NCBI GenBank assembly: GCA_001464765.1
Contig: LNDV01000038.1
Location: forward strand, 128,311 to 192,310
Source of the DNA: Betaproteobacteria bacterium Ga0077526
GTDB lineage: Bacteria > Pseudomonadota > Gammaproteobacteria > Burkholderiales > Ga0077523
Length of the DNA stretch: 64,000 nt
Reading direction: 5' to 3'
The notes beneath the pieces were generated by a model that saw only the letters and a program-made list of their open reading frames with translations, was not told where the DNA came from and made no database searches. A program made the translations under genes and the position numbers. Shown in pieces: positions 37,143-45,577 of this stretch (its first letter is position 1; each line of letters opens with the position of its first letter).

Positions 37143-38942
37143 ATGAACGCGCTCGAAGTGTTTCGCAAGGCCCTTCGGGAGCTTTCCGAACGTCATGCCC
37201 AGGAGCTTCCAAGAAAGCTCACAGAGATAGAAGATCTCTGGCGCATCGTCGTCGATGCGGGAGGGGCACGGGACGGACTGGTTCAGGTGCAGCGCCTCGC
37301 CCACGGTCTGGACGTGGCCTCGAGCATGCTGGGGCTGCCCGATCTGTCATCTCCCGCGAGACGCCTGGCCAGAACCCTGGCTGCGGGCCTCGCCGCCGGG
37401 GCGGACTTCACCGCCGTGGACCGCGACCGAGTCGACGAACTCCTCGCAGAACTCCGCCGCGCTGCCTCCAGTCTCTCGACCGTGGTCCCACTGCCAGCCC
37501 CCGTGTCGGAGGCGCCGGCGGAAATGACACCGCCCGGGTCGCCCTCCTCGCTCCCAGCGGCGGCCGCAGTCACCGCCGATCCCGCCACCCTGCCCCGGCG
37601 CGCCCCGCCAAGGGACCCCGCCGCAAGCTTCGCCGACCTCCCCGCGCCGCCCGTGACGATCGAGGGCGAAAGGCGGCTGGTGTACATCCTGGAATCCGGC
37701 GAGGAGGCCGCGACCAACCTGGCCGGCCAGTTGTCCCGTTTCGGGTACGAAGCCCGCATCCTCGAGACGGCTACTGCGCTGGTCGACGCCCTGTCCGAGC
37801 GCCAGCCCTACGCCATGCTGGTCGATGTGGATCTGGCGGGCGACAGCTTCCATGCGGCGCAGGCCATCGCGTCCGTCTCGAACGCTGCGATTGCCCGAGT
37901 CCCACTGCTGCTACTGTCCTCACGCACCGACGTCCAGGCGCGCCTCGAAAGCGTACGGGCAGGCGCGGTGGCGTATTTCTCGAAGCCGCTGCGCATCGGC
38001 GAACTGGTCGACAAGCTCGATTCGCTCGCCTCGCGGGAGACGCCCGAACCCTATCGGGTGATGATCGTCGACTCGGACAACAACCGCGCCGATCTCTGCC
38101 GGGCTATCCTGCACGAGGTGGGGATGGAGGTTTCCGTGGTTCGCTCCCCGGCGGATCTGGTCGCTGCGCTCGGAGACTTCAATCCCGAACTGCTCCTGAT
38201 CGCACTGAAGCTCCCCGAGTGCGGCGGAGATGAGATCGCGCAGGTAGTCCATCAGATTCCGTCATACGTGAGCCTGCCGGTCGTGTTCCTGTCGGAGCAT
38301 TGGAACCTCGACCGCCAGATCGGGCTGATGAACGTGGGCGGCGATGCGCTTCTGCCGCTGCCGTTGCAGGCATCGCAACTGATTTCCACTGTCATCGCCC
38401 GGGTCGAACGGTACCGGACGCTCTCCGCACTCATGCAGCACGACAGCCTCACGGGTTTGCTCAATCATTCCCGCCTGCAGCAGTACCTGGAGATCGAAGG
38501 TCTGCGCGCTGTGCGCCAGTCACACCCCCTCGCCTTCGCCATGATCGACATCGACCACTTCAAGCTGGTGAACGATCAGTTTGGTCACCCGGTGGGGGAT
38601 CGGATACTGAAGAACCTCGCGCGATTCCTGCGCCAGCAACTGCGCAAGAGCGACATCGTGGGCCGTTACGGCGGCGAGGAATTCGCGATCATCCTGACAG
38701 ACACGGACGGTCCTGCCGCGATTGCGGTAATGGAAAAGCTGTGCAGTGATTTCTCGCGGCTGGAACACGAGGTGGACGGCGCCACGCTGACCGTCGCGTT
38801 CAGCGCGGGCGTGGCATCGATGTCAGGAAGACAATCCGCGAGAGAACTCGTCCTGGCGGCCGATCGGGCCCTTTACGCCGCGAAGCGGGCAGGACGTAAC
38901 CGCGTGGTGCTCGCCCCGGACGAATCCCAGCAGCAAGCCTGA
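37143..38942 (+). CDS. Hpt-REC-REC-GGDEF diguanylate cyclase
   Basis: LAHGL Hpt-like helix, Pro-rich linker, two receiver folds, HDSLTGLLN, DIDHFKLVNDQFGHPVGD, RKSD I-site, GGEEF. Confidence 0.9.
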   Translation: MNALEVFRKALRELSERHAQELPRKLTEIEDLWRIVVDAGGARDGLVQVQRLAHGLDVASSMLGLPDLSSPARRLARTLAAGLAAGADFTAVDRDRVDELLAELRRAASSLSTVVPLPAPVSEAPAEMTPPGSPSSLPAAAAVTADPATLPRRAPPRDPAASFADLPAPPVTIEGERRLVYILESGEEAATNLAGQLSRFGYEARILETATALVDALSERQPYAMLVDVDLAGDSFHAAQAIASVSNAAIARVPLLLLSSRTDVQARLESVRAGAVAYFSKPLRIGELVDKLDSLASRETPEPYRVMIVDSDNNRADLCRAILHEVGMEVSVVRSPADLVAALGDFNPELLLIALKLPECGGDEIAQVVHQIPSYVSLPVVFLSEHWNLDRQIGLMNVGGDALLPLPLQASQLISTVIARVERYRTLSALMQHDSLTGLLNHSRLQQYLEIEGLRAVRQSHPLAFAMIDIDHFKLVNDQFGHPVGDRILKNLARFLRQQLRKSDIVGRYGGEEFAIILTDTDGPAAIAVMEKLCSDFSRLEHEVDGATLTVAFSAGVASMSGRQSARELVLAADRALYAAKRAGRNRVVLAPDESQQQA

Positions 38943-38956
38943 CGGTGGCGCGCCGC

Positions 38957-39727
38957 TCAGGCGCCGCCGGCACTCGCTTCGGCGTTGACGCGGGCGTTGG
39001 GGAAGTTGAGATCCAGCAGACGCTGTGCGTCCCGCTGCAGATCGGTGAGCCCCATGGCCTGATAAGCCTTGACCAGCACGGTGAACGCACGCTCCAGCGC
39101 CGGCGTCTCGGGGTAATTCCGGATGGCGTACTGCGCACGATTCACGGCAGCCACATAAGCCCGCCGCCGCAGATAGTACTCGGCGATGATCACTTCGGAC
39201 GACGCCAGCGCATTCACCAGATAGCGCATGCGCTTGATGGAGTCCGGCGCGTACTTGCTCTCGGGAAATCTCGTGACGAGCTGCTGGAGCGAATCGAAGG
39301 ATTCGCGCATCGCCTCCGGGTCGCGCTCGCTCGGATTCTGGTCCGAGAACTTGGCGACGATCCCCTGATCCTCGTTGAAGGTGATCAGCCCTTTGAGGTA
39401 GTACGCGTAGTCCACGTTTTCGTGGTTCGGATACAGCTTGATGAACCGGTCGCAGGTCGCTAGCGCCGAGGCCCGCTCGCTGTTCTTGAAATACGCATAG
39501 GCCAGCTCCAGCTGCGACTGCTGGGCGTACTTGCCGTACGGATAGCGGGCCGACAGCTTCTCGTAGTGGCTGGTGGCGCGCTTGTAGTTGCCGGCGTCGA
39601 GTTCCGCCTTGGCCTCACGATAGAGCCGTTCGACGGACCAGCCCCGGGTGACGTCCTTCGTGGGTGTGGCACCGGTGCACGCGGCAACGGCAAGGACGAT
39701 GAAGATCGCGGATAGAATTCGGCGCAT
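38957..39727 (-). CDS. bamD: outer membrane protein assembly lipoprotein BamD
   Basis: Lipobox VAAC; YPYGKYAQQSQLELAYAYFK, YPNHENVDYAYYLKGL, RFPESKYA, YVAAVNRA. Confidence 0.95.
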   Translation of the reverse strand: MRRILSAIFIVLAVAACTGATPTKDVTRGWSVERLYREAKAELDAGNYKRATSHYEKLSARYPYGKYAQQSQLELAYAYFKNSERASALATCDRFIKLYPNHENVDYAYYLKGLITFNEDQGIVAKFSDQNPSERDPEAMRESFDSLQQLVTRFPESKYAPDSIKRMRYLVNALASSEVIIAEYYLRRRAYVAAVNRAQYAIRNYPETPALERAFTVLVKAYQAMGLTDLQRDAQRLLDLNFPNARVNAEASAGGA

Positions 39728-40703
39728 GGAAAGTTCTGCACAGGGGACGGCGGATTATAGCCCGGCGGCATCGGGCGACGTTCGCGAGATCGTGCTCGCC
39801 ACGGGCTGCGCCGGCATGCGCCTGGACCAAGCACTCGCCCAGGCCGTGCCCGAGTACTCCCGGACTCAGCTCCGCGGATGGGTGGACGCCGGACTTGTCA
39901 CCATCGATGGCCGGCCGGCAGTGGCGAAGCATCGCGTATTCGGCGGAGAGCGCGTCCTGCTGCAGGCGGCACCGGCCTCCCGCCAGTCGGAGGACCCCGC
40001 ACAGGCCCTCGATCTTCGGATCGTGTTCGAGGACGACCAGGTGATCGTCATCGACAAGCACGCGGGGCTCGTGGTCCATCCCGGCGCGGGAAATCACACT
40101 GGCACCTTGCTGAATGCCCTGCTCGCCCACGCGCCCGAAGTGCGGGAGCTTCCGCGCGCGGGCATCGTGCACCGCCTCGACAAGGACACCACGGGACTTC
40201 TCGTGGTCGCCAAGACTCTGGCCGCACAGACTGCTCTCTCGCGACAACTCCACGAGAGGTCCGTGTCGCGCATCTACCATGCCGTGGTTCACGGACGCAT
40301 CACCACAGGTGGCATCGTGGATGCGCCCATCGGCCGCCACCCCGTGCATCGCACCCGCATGGCCGTGGTCTCGAGAGGCCGCTCGGCCCGGACGCACTAT
40401 CGCCCCCTCGCGGCGGGCCAGCAGTGGACTCTGGTCGAGTGCCGCCTGGAATCGGGCCGCACCCACCAGATCCGGGTCCACATGGACCACCTCGGCCACC
40501 CACTCCTCGGTGACCCCGTCTACGGCCCGCGCCGCATGCAGCCTGCTCTGGCGGCCGCCCTCGGAACCTTCTCCAGGCAGGCGCTGCACGCGGTGGCCCT
40601 GCGGTTCGAGCATCCCGGCGACGGCTCGCCCTGGCAGGGGGAATCCCCGTTGCCCCAGGACATGACCGACCTGCTGCACCGGCTGGAATCGGCCGCATGC
40701 TGA
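39726..40703 (+). CDS. rluD: 23S rRNA pseudouridine synthase RluD
   Basis: S4 domain RLDQAL, VVHPGAGN, GIVHRLDKDTTG, SGRTHQIRVH, RQALHA. Confidence 0.94.
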   Translation: MESSAQGTADYSPAASGDVREIVLATGCAGMRLDQALAQAVPEYSRTQLRGWVDAGLVTIDGRPAVAKHRVFGGERVLLQAAPASRQSEDPAQALDLRIVFEDDQVIVIDKHAGLVVHPGAGNHTGTLLNALLAHAPEVRELPRAGIVHRLDKDTTGLLVVAKTLAAQTALSRQLHERSVSRIYHAVVHGRITTGGIVDAPIGRHPVHRTRMAVVSRGRSARTHYRPLAAGQQWTLVECRLESGRTHQIRVHMDHLGHPLLGDPVYGPRRMQPALAAALGTFSRQALHAVALRFEHPGDGSPWQGESPLPQDMTDLLHRLESAAC

Positions 40704-41449
40704 CACCTGACCAATGCATCGTCCCGTCGTGGAGCGCACCGCAATCGGTGAAGGCCCTAGTGACCACCCGCCAGGGAGGCGTCAGCGCGGCCCCCTACGA
40801 CAGCCTCAATCTGGGGATCGCCGTCGGCGACAACCCGGAGCACGTGGCACTCAACCGGGCCCGCGTCAGTGCCTTCCTGCCCTCGACGCCCCGCTGGCTG
40901 AAGCAGGTCCATGGCCCGCGGGTCGTGTCGGCGGACGACATCTCTACCCCTCCCGAGGCGGACGCCGCCGTGACCTCGACGCCCGGCGTCGTGTGCGTGG
41001 TTCAGATGGCGGACTGTCTCCCCGTACTGTTCGCGACGGGCGACGGCCGAAAGGTGGGCGCCGCCCACGCCGGATGGCGTGGACTCGCCGCGGGAGTCCT
41101 GGAAAGCACGGTCGCCGCCCTCGATGCCGATCCGGCGACCGTGTCCGCGTGGCTCGGGCCCGCAATCGGACCCACGGCGTTCGAAGTGGGTGACGAGGTC
41201 CGGGACGCGTTCGTCGGACACGATCCGCGCGCCGCTGATGCCTTCGTCCCTCACGGACCCGGCAAGTGGCTGGCCGATCTGTTCTCGCTGGCGCGTTTGC
41301 GTCTCGCGGCAGCGGGGCTCACACAGATTTTCGGCGGCGGGTTGTGTACCGTGTCGGACCCGGCGCGCTTCTTCTCGCATCGCCGGGACCGAGTCTCAGG
41401 TCGCATGGCGGCCATGGTCTGGATCGACCGCCCGGGCACGGCTGTCTGA
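40697..41449 (+). CDS. pgeF: PgeF/YfiH purine nucleoside phosphorylase-like peptidoglycan editing factor
   Basis: TTRQGGVS, LNLG, QVHG, ADCLPV, AHAGWRG, GPAIG, FFSHRR. Confidence 0.93.
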   Translation: MLTPDQCIVPSWSAPQSVKALVTTRQGGVSAAPYDSLNLGIAVGDNPEHVALNRARVSAFLPSTPRWLKQVHGPRVVSADDISTPPEADAAVTSTPGVVCVVQMADCLPVLFATGDGRKVGAAHAGWRGLAAGVLESTVAALDADPATVSAWLGPAIGPTAFEVGDEVRDAFVGHDPRAADAFVPHGPGKWLADLFSLARLRLAAAGLTQIFGGGLCTVSDPARFFSHRRDRVSGRMAAMVWIDRPGTAV

Positions 41450-41465
41450 CCCACGCGGCGGCCCT

Positions 41466-41702
41466 CTAGCGCGACTCTGGCGGAACGTCGTCGGGTGAAT
41501 CGGAAACCGCTGCCACCGTTGGCTCTGCCGCCACCGCCTGACGCCGGTCGCGGGCCCGCCTCGGAATGCCGAAGAGCCAGAGCAGCAGCAACAGCGGGCC
41601 GAGGCCGTAGAACACGAACGTGAGCACTCCAGCGACCACCGAGCGCTCGGCAACCGCCATGAGGAGCGTGACGTAGAGCCACGCGACCGCAACGATATAC
41701 AC
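41466..41702 (-). CDS. small two-TM membrane protein (78 aa)
   Basis: GTG start; (M)YIVAVAWLYVTLLMAVAE..VVAGVLTFVFYGLGPLLLLLWLFG followed by basic residues; C-terminal part of track ORF 41466..42152. Confidence 0.7.
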   Translation of the reverse strand: MYIVAVAWLYVTLLMAVAERSVVAGVLTFVFYGLGPLLLLLWLFGIPRRARDRRQAVAAEPTVAAVSDSPDDVPPESR

Positions 41703-41743
41703 GCTTGACCACCTCGTTCGAAGGTCCGGACAATCCCGGATCC

Positions 41744-43549
41744 ATGTCTTCCTCCAACGATCCGCCTCCCGCCGGGCCGTCCGCCGGCACTGCGTGGTTC
41801 GACCTCGCGAACGCCCTCGGGCCGGAAGGGAGCCTTGCGGGCCTGTTTCGCCGCGCCCTTCCGCCTCTGCCCGCCCTGGCGGACGCACCAGCCGTGCTCG
41901 CGCGCGCCACGCTGTCGCACCCGGAACGCTATCAGTCACTCGCCGCCGACTACTACCGCCGTCAGATGGGGTTGTGGGAGTCGCTGCTGCAGCCCGCGCC
42001 GGCAGAACCAACCACCGCCGATGAAGCGACCTCCGGGACGCAGACCCTCGCCAGCCAGCCATGGTTCCGGTTCGTCCGCGACCAGCACGCGTTGTGGGTC
42101 GGATGGATGGGCGGCATGACCGCGCTGCTGGACGACGACAGCGCCGAGGCAAGACGAGTCCGCTTCGTCATGGAGCAATGGATCGAGGCCAGCAACCCCG
42201 ACAACTTCTTCGTGACGAATCCGGCGGCCGTGGCGCGAGCCCTGGACACGGAAGGCGAATCGGTGCGCCGCGGGCTGTCCAATCTGGCCCACGACATCGG
42301 GCTTGGCCGGATCACGATGAGCGACGGCGCAGCGTTTCAGGTCGGGGTCAACCTCGCCACCACGGAGGGGGCAGTGATCCACGAGTCCCCCATCGCGCAA
42401 CTCATCCGCTATCGGCCGACCACGCCCACCGTCCACAGCGTGCCGCTGCTGATCATTCCACCGTTCATCAACCGGTACTACGTCCTCGACCTCCAGCCGG
42501 ACAACTCGTTCGTGCGACATGCTCTGGCATCGGGATTCCAGGTGTTCATGGTCTCCTGGCGCAGCGCGTGCGCGGAGACGGCAGGAAGCACCTGGGCCGA
42601 CTATGTGCGGGACGGCGTGCTCTCGATGGCGCAAGTCGCGATGTCGCTGTGCCGCACATCGACTTTCCACCTGCTGGGCTATTGCGTGGGCGGCACGCTG
42701 GCCGCGACCGCAGCCTCGGCGCTGTCGGCGCGCCCCAAGTGCCCTCTCGCGTCATTGACGCTGCTCAACACGATGCTCGACTTCGCCGAGCCCGGCGAGA
42801 TCGGTGTCTACCTGGGGGACCCGCCGACGGGCGCGGCCGAGGGCGCGGAGGACATCTTCCCCGGGTCGCGCCTGGCGGCAGCCTTCGCGAGCCTGCGTGC
42901 CCGGGAACTCATCTGGCACTTCGTCACCCACAACTATCTGCTGGGTGAGACGCCGCCACCCCTCGACCTCCTCCACTGGAACGGAGACGCCGCCGACATC
43001 CCGGGCCCGCTGTTCCGCGAGTACCTCCGCGACATGTACCAGCACAATCGTCTGCGCGAGCCTGGCTCCCTCTCCCTCGACGGCACCGGAATCGACCTCG
43101 ACAGCATCCGCGTTCCGGCCTACGTGCTCGCGGCAAAGAACGACCATATCGTTCCCTGGCAGTCCGCACTGCGCAGTGCAGCCCTTCTGGGCGCCCAGCC
43201 GCGCTTCGCGCTCACGCAGGGCGGTCACATCGCGGGGGTCGTCAACCCTCCATCGGGACGCCGCGTGCGGGGGCACTGGGCGGCCGAAAACGGCCGCATT
43301 GCGCCCGATGCAGATCGGTGGTTTGATGGCGCGACCTACCGCGCGACGAGCTGGTGGCAGGACTGGACGCAATGGATCGAACCTCTCGGGGGTGCCATGA
43401 AGCCCGCCCCCGCGTCACCGGGGTCCGCCCGCCATCCGGTCGTCGAGGCAGCGCCCGGACGTTACGTCCTGGCGCCGGCCTGCGCCGCGGCGACATCGAA
43501 CAACGGTTCCGCTTTCCCAACCAAACCCGAGGAGAATGACAATGGCTAA
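41744..43549 (+). CDS. phaC: class I polyhydroxyalkanoate synthase
   Basis: PLLIIPPFINRYYVLDL, lipase box GYCVGG, DHIVPW, GHIAGV, APGRYV. Confidence 0.9.
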   Translation: MSSSNDPPPAGPSAGTAWFDLANALGPEGSLAGLFRRALPPLPALADAPAVLARATLSHPERYQSLAADYYRRQMGLWESLLQPAPAEPTTADEATSGTQTLASQPWFRFVRDQHALWVGWMGGMTALLDDDSAEARRVRFVMEQWIEASNPDNFFVTNPAAVARALDTEGESVRRGLSNLAHDIGLGRITMSDGAAFQVGVNLATTEGAVIHESPIAQLIRYRPTTPTVHSVPLLIIPPFINRYYVLDLQPDNSFVRHALASGFQVFMVSWRSACAETAGSTWADYVRDGVLSMAQVAMSLCRTSTFHLLGYCVGGTLAATAASALSARPKCPLASLTLLNTMLDFAEPGEIGVYLGDPPTGAAEGAEDIFPGSRLAAAFASLRARELIWHFVTHNYLLGETPPPLDLLHWNGDAADIPGPLFREYLRDMYQHNRLREPGSLSLDGTGIDLDSIRVPAYVLAAKNDHIVPWQSALRSAALLGAQPRFALTQGGHIAGVVNPPSGRRVRGHWAAENGRIAPDADRWFDGATYRATSWWQDWTQWIEPLGGAMKPAPASPGSARHPVVEAAPGRYVLAPACAAATSNNGSAFPTKPEENDNG

Positions 43550-44285
43550 ACGCATCGTGCTGGTCACCGGCGGCATGGGCGGCCTGGGTGAATCCATCTG
43601 CACCGGCATGGCCGATCAGGGGTACACCGTCGTGGCGACCGCGTCGCCGTCCAATAAGTCAGCGCCCGAGTGGATCGCCGCCATGAAGGAGAAAGGCTAC
43701 GACTTCCGCGTGGTGCCCTGCGACGTGGGTGACTACGATTCCTGCGCAGCAGCCGTCAAGGAAGTCACGGAGGCCGTCGGCCCGGTGGACGTACTGGTCA
43801 ACAACGCCGGCATCACGCGCGACATGACGTTCAAGAAGATGACGAAGGCCGACTGGGATGCCGTCATCCGCACCAACCTCGACAGCGTCTTCAACATGAC
43901 CAAGCAGGTCATGGACGGCATGGTCGACCGCGGATGGGGACGCGTCATCAACATCTCTTCGGTCAACGGTCAGAAGGGCGCCTTCGGCCAGACAAACTAC
44001 TCGGCGGCGAAGGCGGGCATGCACGGCTTCACCAAGGCACTCGCGCTGGAAGTCTCGAAGAAAGGCGTGACGGTAAACACGATCTCGCCCGGCTACATCG
44101 GCACGAAGATGGTGACCGCCATCCCCAAGGAGATCCTCGATTCCAAGATCCTGCCGCAGATTCCTGTGGGTCGCCTCGGGAAGCCGGAAGAAGTCGCAGG
44201 CCTCATCATCTATCTGGCATCGGACGAAGCGGCGTTCCTGACGGGCGCCAACATCTCGATCAACGGCGGTCAGCACATGCAGTAG
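43542..44285 (+). CDS. phaB: acetoacetyl-CoA reductase
   Basis: VTGGMGGLG, NNAGITRD, SSVNGQKGAFGQTNYSAAKAG; ATG 43536 is an alternative start. Confidence 0.95.
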   Translation: MAKRIVLVTGGMGGLGESICTGMADQGYTVVATASPSNKSAPEWIAAMKEKGYDFRVVPCDVGDYDSCAAAVKEVTEAVGPVDVLVNNAGITRDMTFKKMTKADWDAVIRTNLDSVFNMTKQVMDGMVDRGWGRVINISSVNGQKGAFGQTNYSAAKAGMHGFTKALALEVSKKGVTVNTISPGYIGTKMVTAIPKEILDSKILPQIPVGRLGKPEEVAGLIIYLASDEAAFLTGANISINGGQHMQ

Positions 44286-44340
44286 TTGCCGCCGGCATAT
44301 CCGGCCCCGGCAATTTTTGCCGGCATGGCGACGTCATGGC

Positions 44341-44371
44341 AAAAAAAACCCCGGCGTTTTGCGCCGGGGTT
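44341..44371 (-). terminator. rho-independent terminator of a minus-strand transcript
   Basis: Minus strand AACCCCGGCG-CAAAA-CGCCGGGG followed by T8; the U-tract is on the minus strand, opposite to phaB. Confidence 0.88.
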
Positions 44372-44545
44372 GAACCTTTATCTTGCGATAAAGGGGGAGG
44401 AGCCTTGATCGGACCGCGGCGCGATGTCATCGCCACCGCCGGCCATCCCCCGCGAAATCGCGGGGCCTGAAATTCCTGGTTGGTTCCGATCGGGAGATCG
44501 GTCGGGCAGTCTTGCTTCACTGCCCTGCGGTAACCCGCCGCACCG
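44341..44545 (-). ncRNA. putative sigma54-dependent structured small RNA with anti-SD CUCCUCC motif
   Basis: Bounded by a -24/-12 promoter (44556-44572) and a U8 terminator; six consecutive hairpins before the terminator, including a GCAA tetraloop on this strand; unpaired CUCCUCC at 44396-44402; the 5' end is inferred from promoter geometry. Confidence 0.72.
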
Positions 44546-44555
44546 TATTGCTATA

Positions 44556-44572
44556 AGCCAATTTTATGCCAG
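44556..44572 (-). promoter_or_regulatory. sigma54 (-24/-12) promoter
   Basis: Minus strand CTGGCATAAAATTGGCT: TGGCA with exact GG-N10-GC spacing. Confidence 0.75.
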
Positions 44573-44710
44573 ACCAAACTTGCTTCCTGTCCGAGGGTCC
44601 CGCAGCGCGTCTTTCCTTACGCTGTCTGGCCAAACTCACCGTTGGCCCCCAAACCTTCCCGCCGCTTTCCCGCCGACCGCGCTTTTGTTCAGCGCACTAT
44701 CCGAGCATGC

Positions 44711-44725
44711 GCACCGAGTCGGTGC
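44711..44725. promoter_or_regulatory. NtrC-type enhancer box
   Basis: GCACC-GAGTC-GGTGC fits GCACC-N5-GGTGC; ~140 bp upstream of the sigma54 element. Confidence 0.55.
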
Positions 44726-44783
44726 CCAAGCCCCTGAAAACTAGGGACTGGGGAGTGCAACTCGCCACCACATCGACGTCGCG

Positions 44784-44857
44784 TTGCTGCATTGCACAAG
44801 ATGAATACTAAACAGCGTTTACAGGAATCGTCAACAATTTTTTGCGCGCCGCATCAA
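44784..44857. promoter_or_regulatory. PhaR-type TGC-N3-GCA boxes in the phaR upstream region
   Basis: TTGCTGCATTGCACAA (44784-44799, near-palindrome containing TGC-ATT-GCA) and a weaker TTGCGCGCCGCATCAA (44842-44857). Confidence 0.55.
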
Positions 44858-44970
44858 ACATCCGTTACATTGTGCGCCCGCTGGCTTCCGCGCGACCTGC
44901 TTGGACGCCGCAACGGTGTGCACGTGCCACATTTCGATGCGCATTCCTCCTGCATCCGAGAGACCCTGCC

Positions 44971-45567
44971 ATGGCTGAAGAGCTGAGACTCATAAAGAAG
45001 TATCCGAACCGGCGGCTCTACGACACGGCAACCAGCAGCTACATCACGCTCGCCGACGTCAAGACTCTGGTGCTGGAGCAGGTGGTGTTCAAGGTACTCG
45101 ACGCCAAGTCCGGCGAAGACCTCACCCGTAGCATCCTGCTCCAGATCATTCTGGAAGAGGAAACCGCCGGGGCACCGATGTTCTCCAGCGACATGCTGTC
45201 CCAGATCATCCGGTTCTACGGCCACGCCATGCAGGGAATGATGGGGAACTACCTGGAGAAGAACATCCAGACCTTCCTGGAAATCCAGCGCAAGCTGCAG
45301 GAACAGGCCATGTCCAAGCTCGGCGACAACCCGGCCCTGGGGTCGGACGCCTGGACCCAGTTCGTGAAGATGCAAGGTCCTGCCGTACAAGGTCTCATGA
45401 GCAGCTATCTCGAGCAGAGCGCCAATACGTTCGTCGAGATGCAGCAGCAGTTGCAGCGTCAGGCACGCAGCATGTTCTCCGCCTTCCCGTTCCAGGGCTT
45501 CGGCGCCACCGGACCGGCCCCGGGCGATGATGCCCCGCCCGACGCCGGCGGTAAGAAGTCTTCCTGA
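44971..45567 (+). CDS. phaR: polyhydroxyalkanoate synthesis repressor PhaR
   Basis: [44 protein letters not shown]. Confidence 0.96.
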   Translation: MAEELRLIKKYPNRRLYDTATSSYITLADVKTLVLEQVVFKVLDAKSGEDLTRSILLQIILEEETAGAPMFSSDMLSQIIRFYGHAMQGMMGNYLEKNIQTFLEIQRKLQEQAMSKLGDNPALGSDAWTQFVKMQGPAVQGLMSSYLEQSANTFVEMQQQLQRQARSMFSAFPFQGFGATGPAPGDDAPPDAGGKKSS

Positions 45568-45577
45568 GCGGTACTGC

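Noticed and set aside
44260-44520. 86-aa minus-strand ORF over the putative sRNA
   Set aside because: Runs through the terminator and into phaB antisense, has no recognisable motif, and the region is explained by RNA structure; a short peptide cannot be fully excluded
44711-44725. GCACCGAGTCGGTGC is identical to the 3' hairpin of the S. pyogenes tracrRNA/sgRNA scaffold
   Set aside because: Only 15 nt and self-complementary; no other scaffold sequence, cas gene or CRISPR array nearby; better explained as an NtrC-type GCACC-N5-GGTGC box
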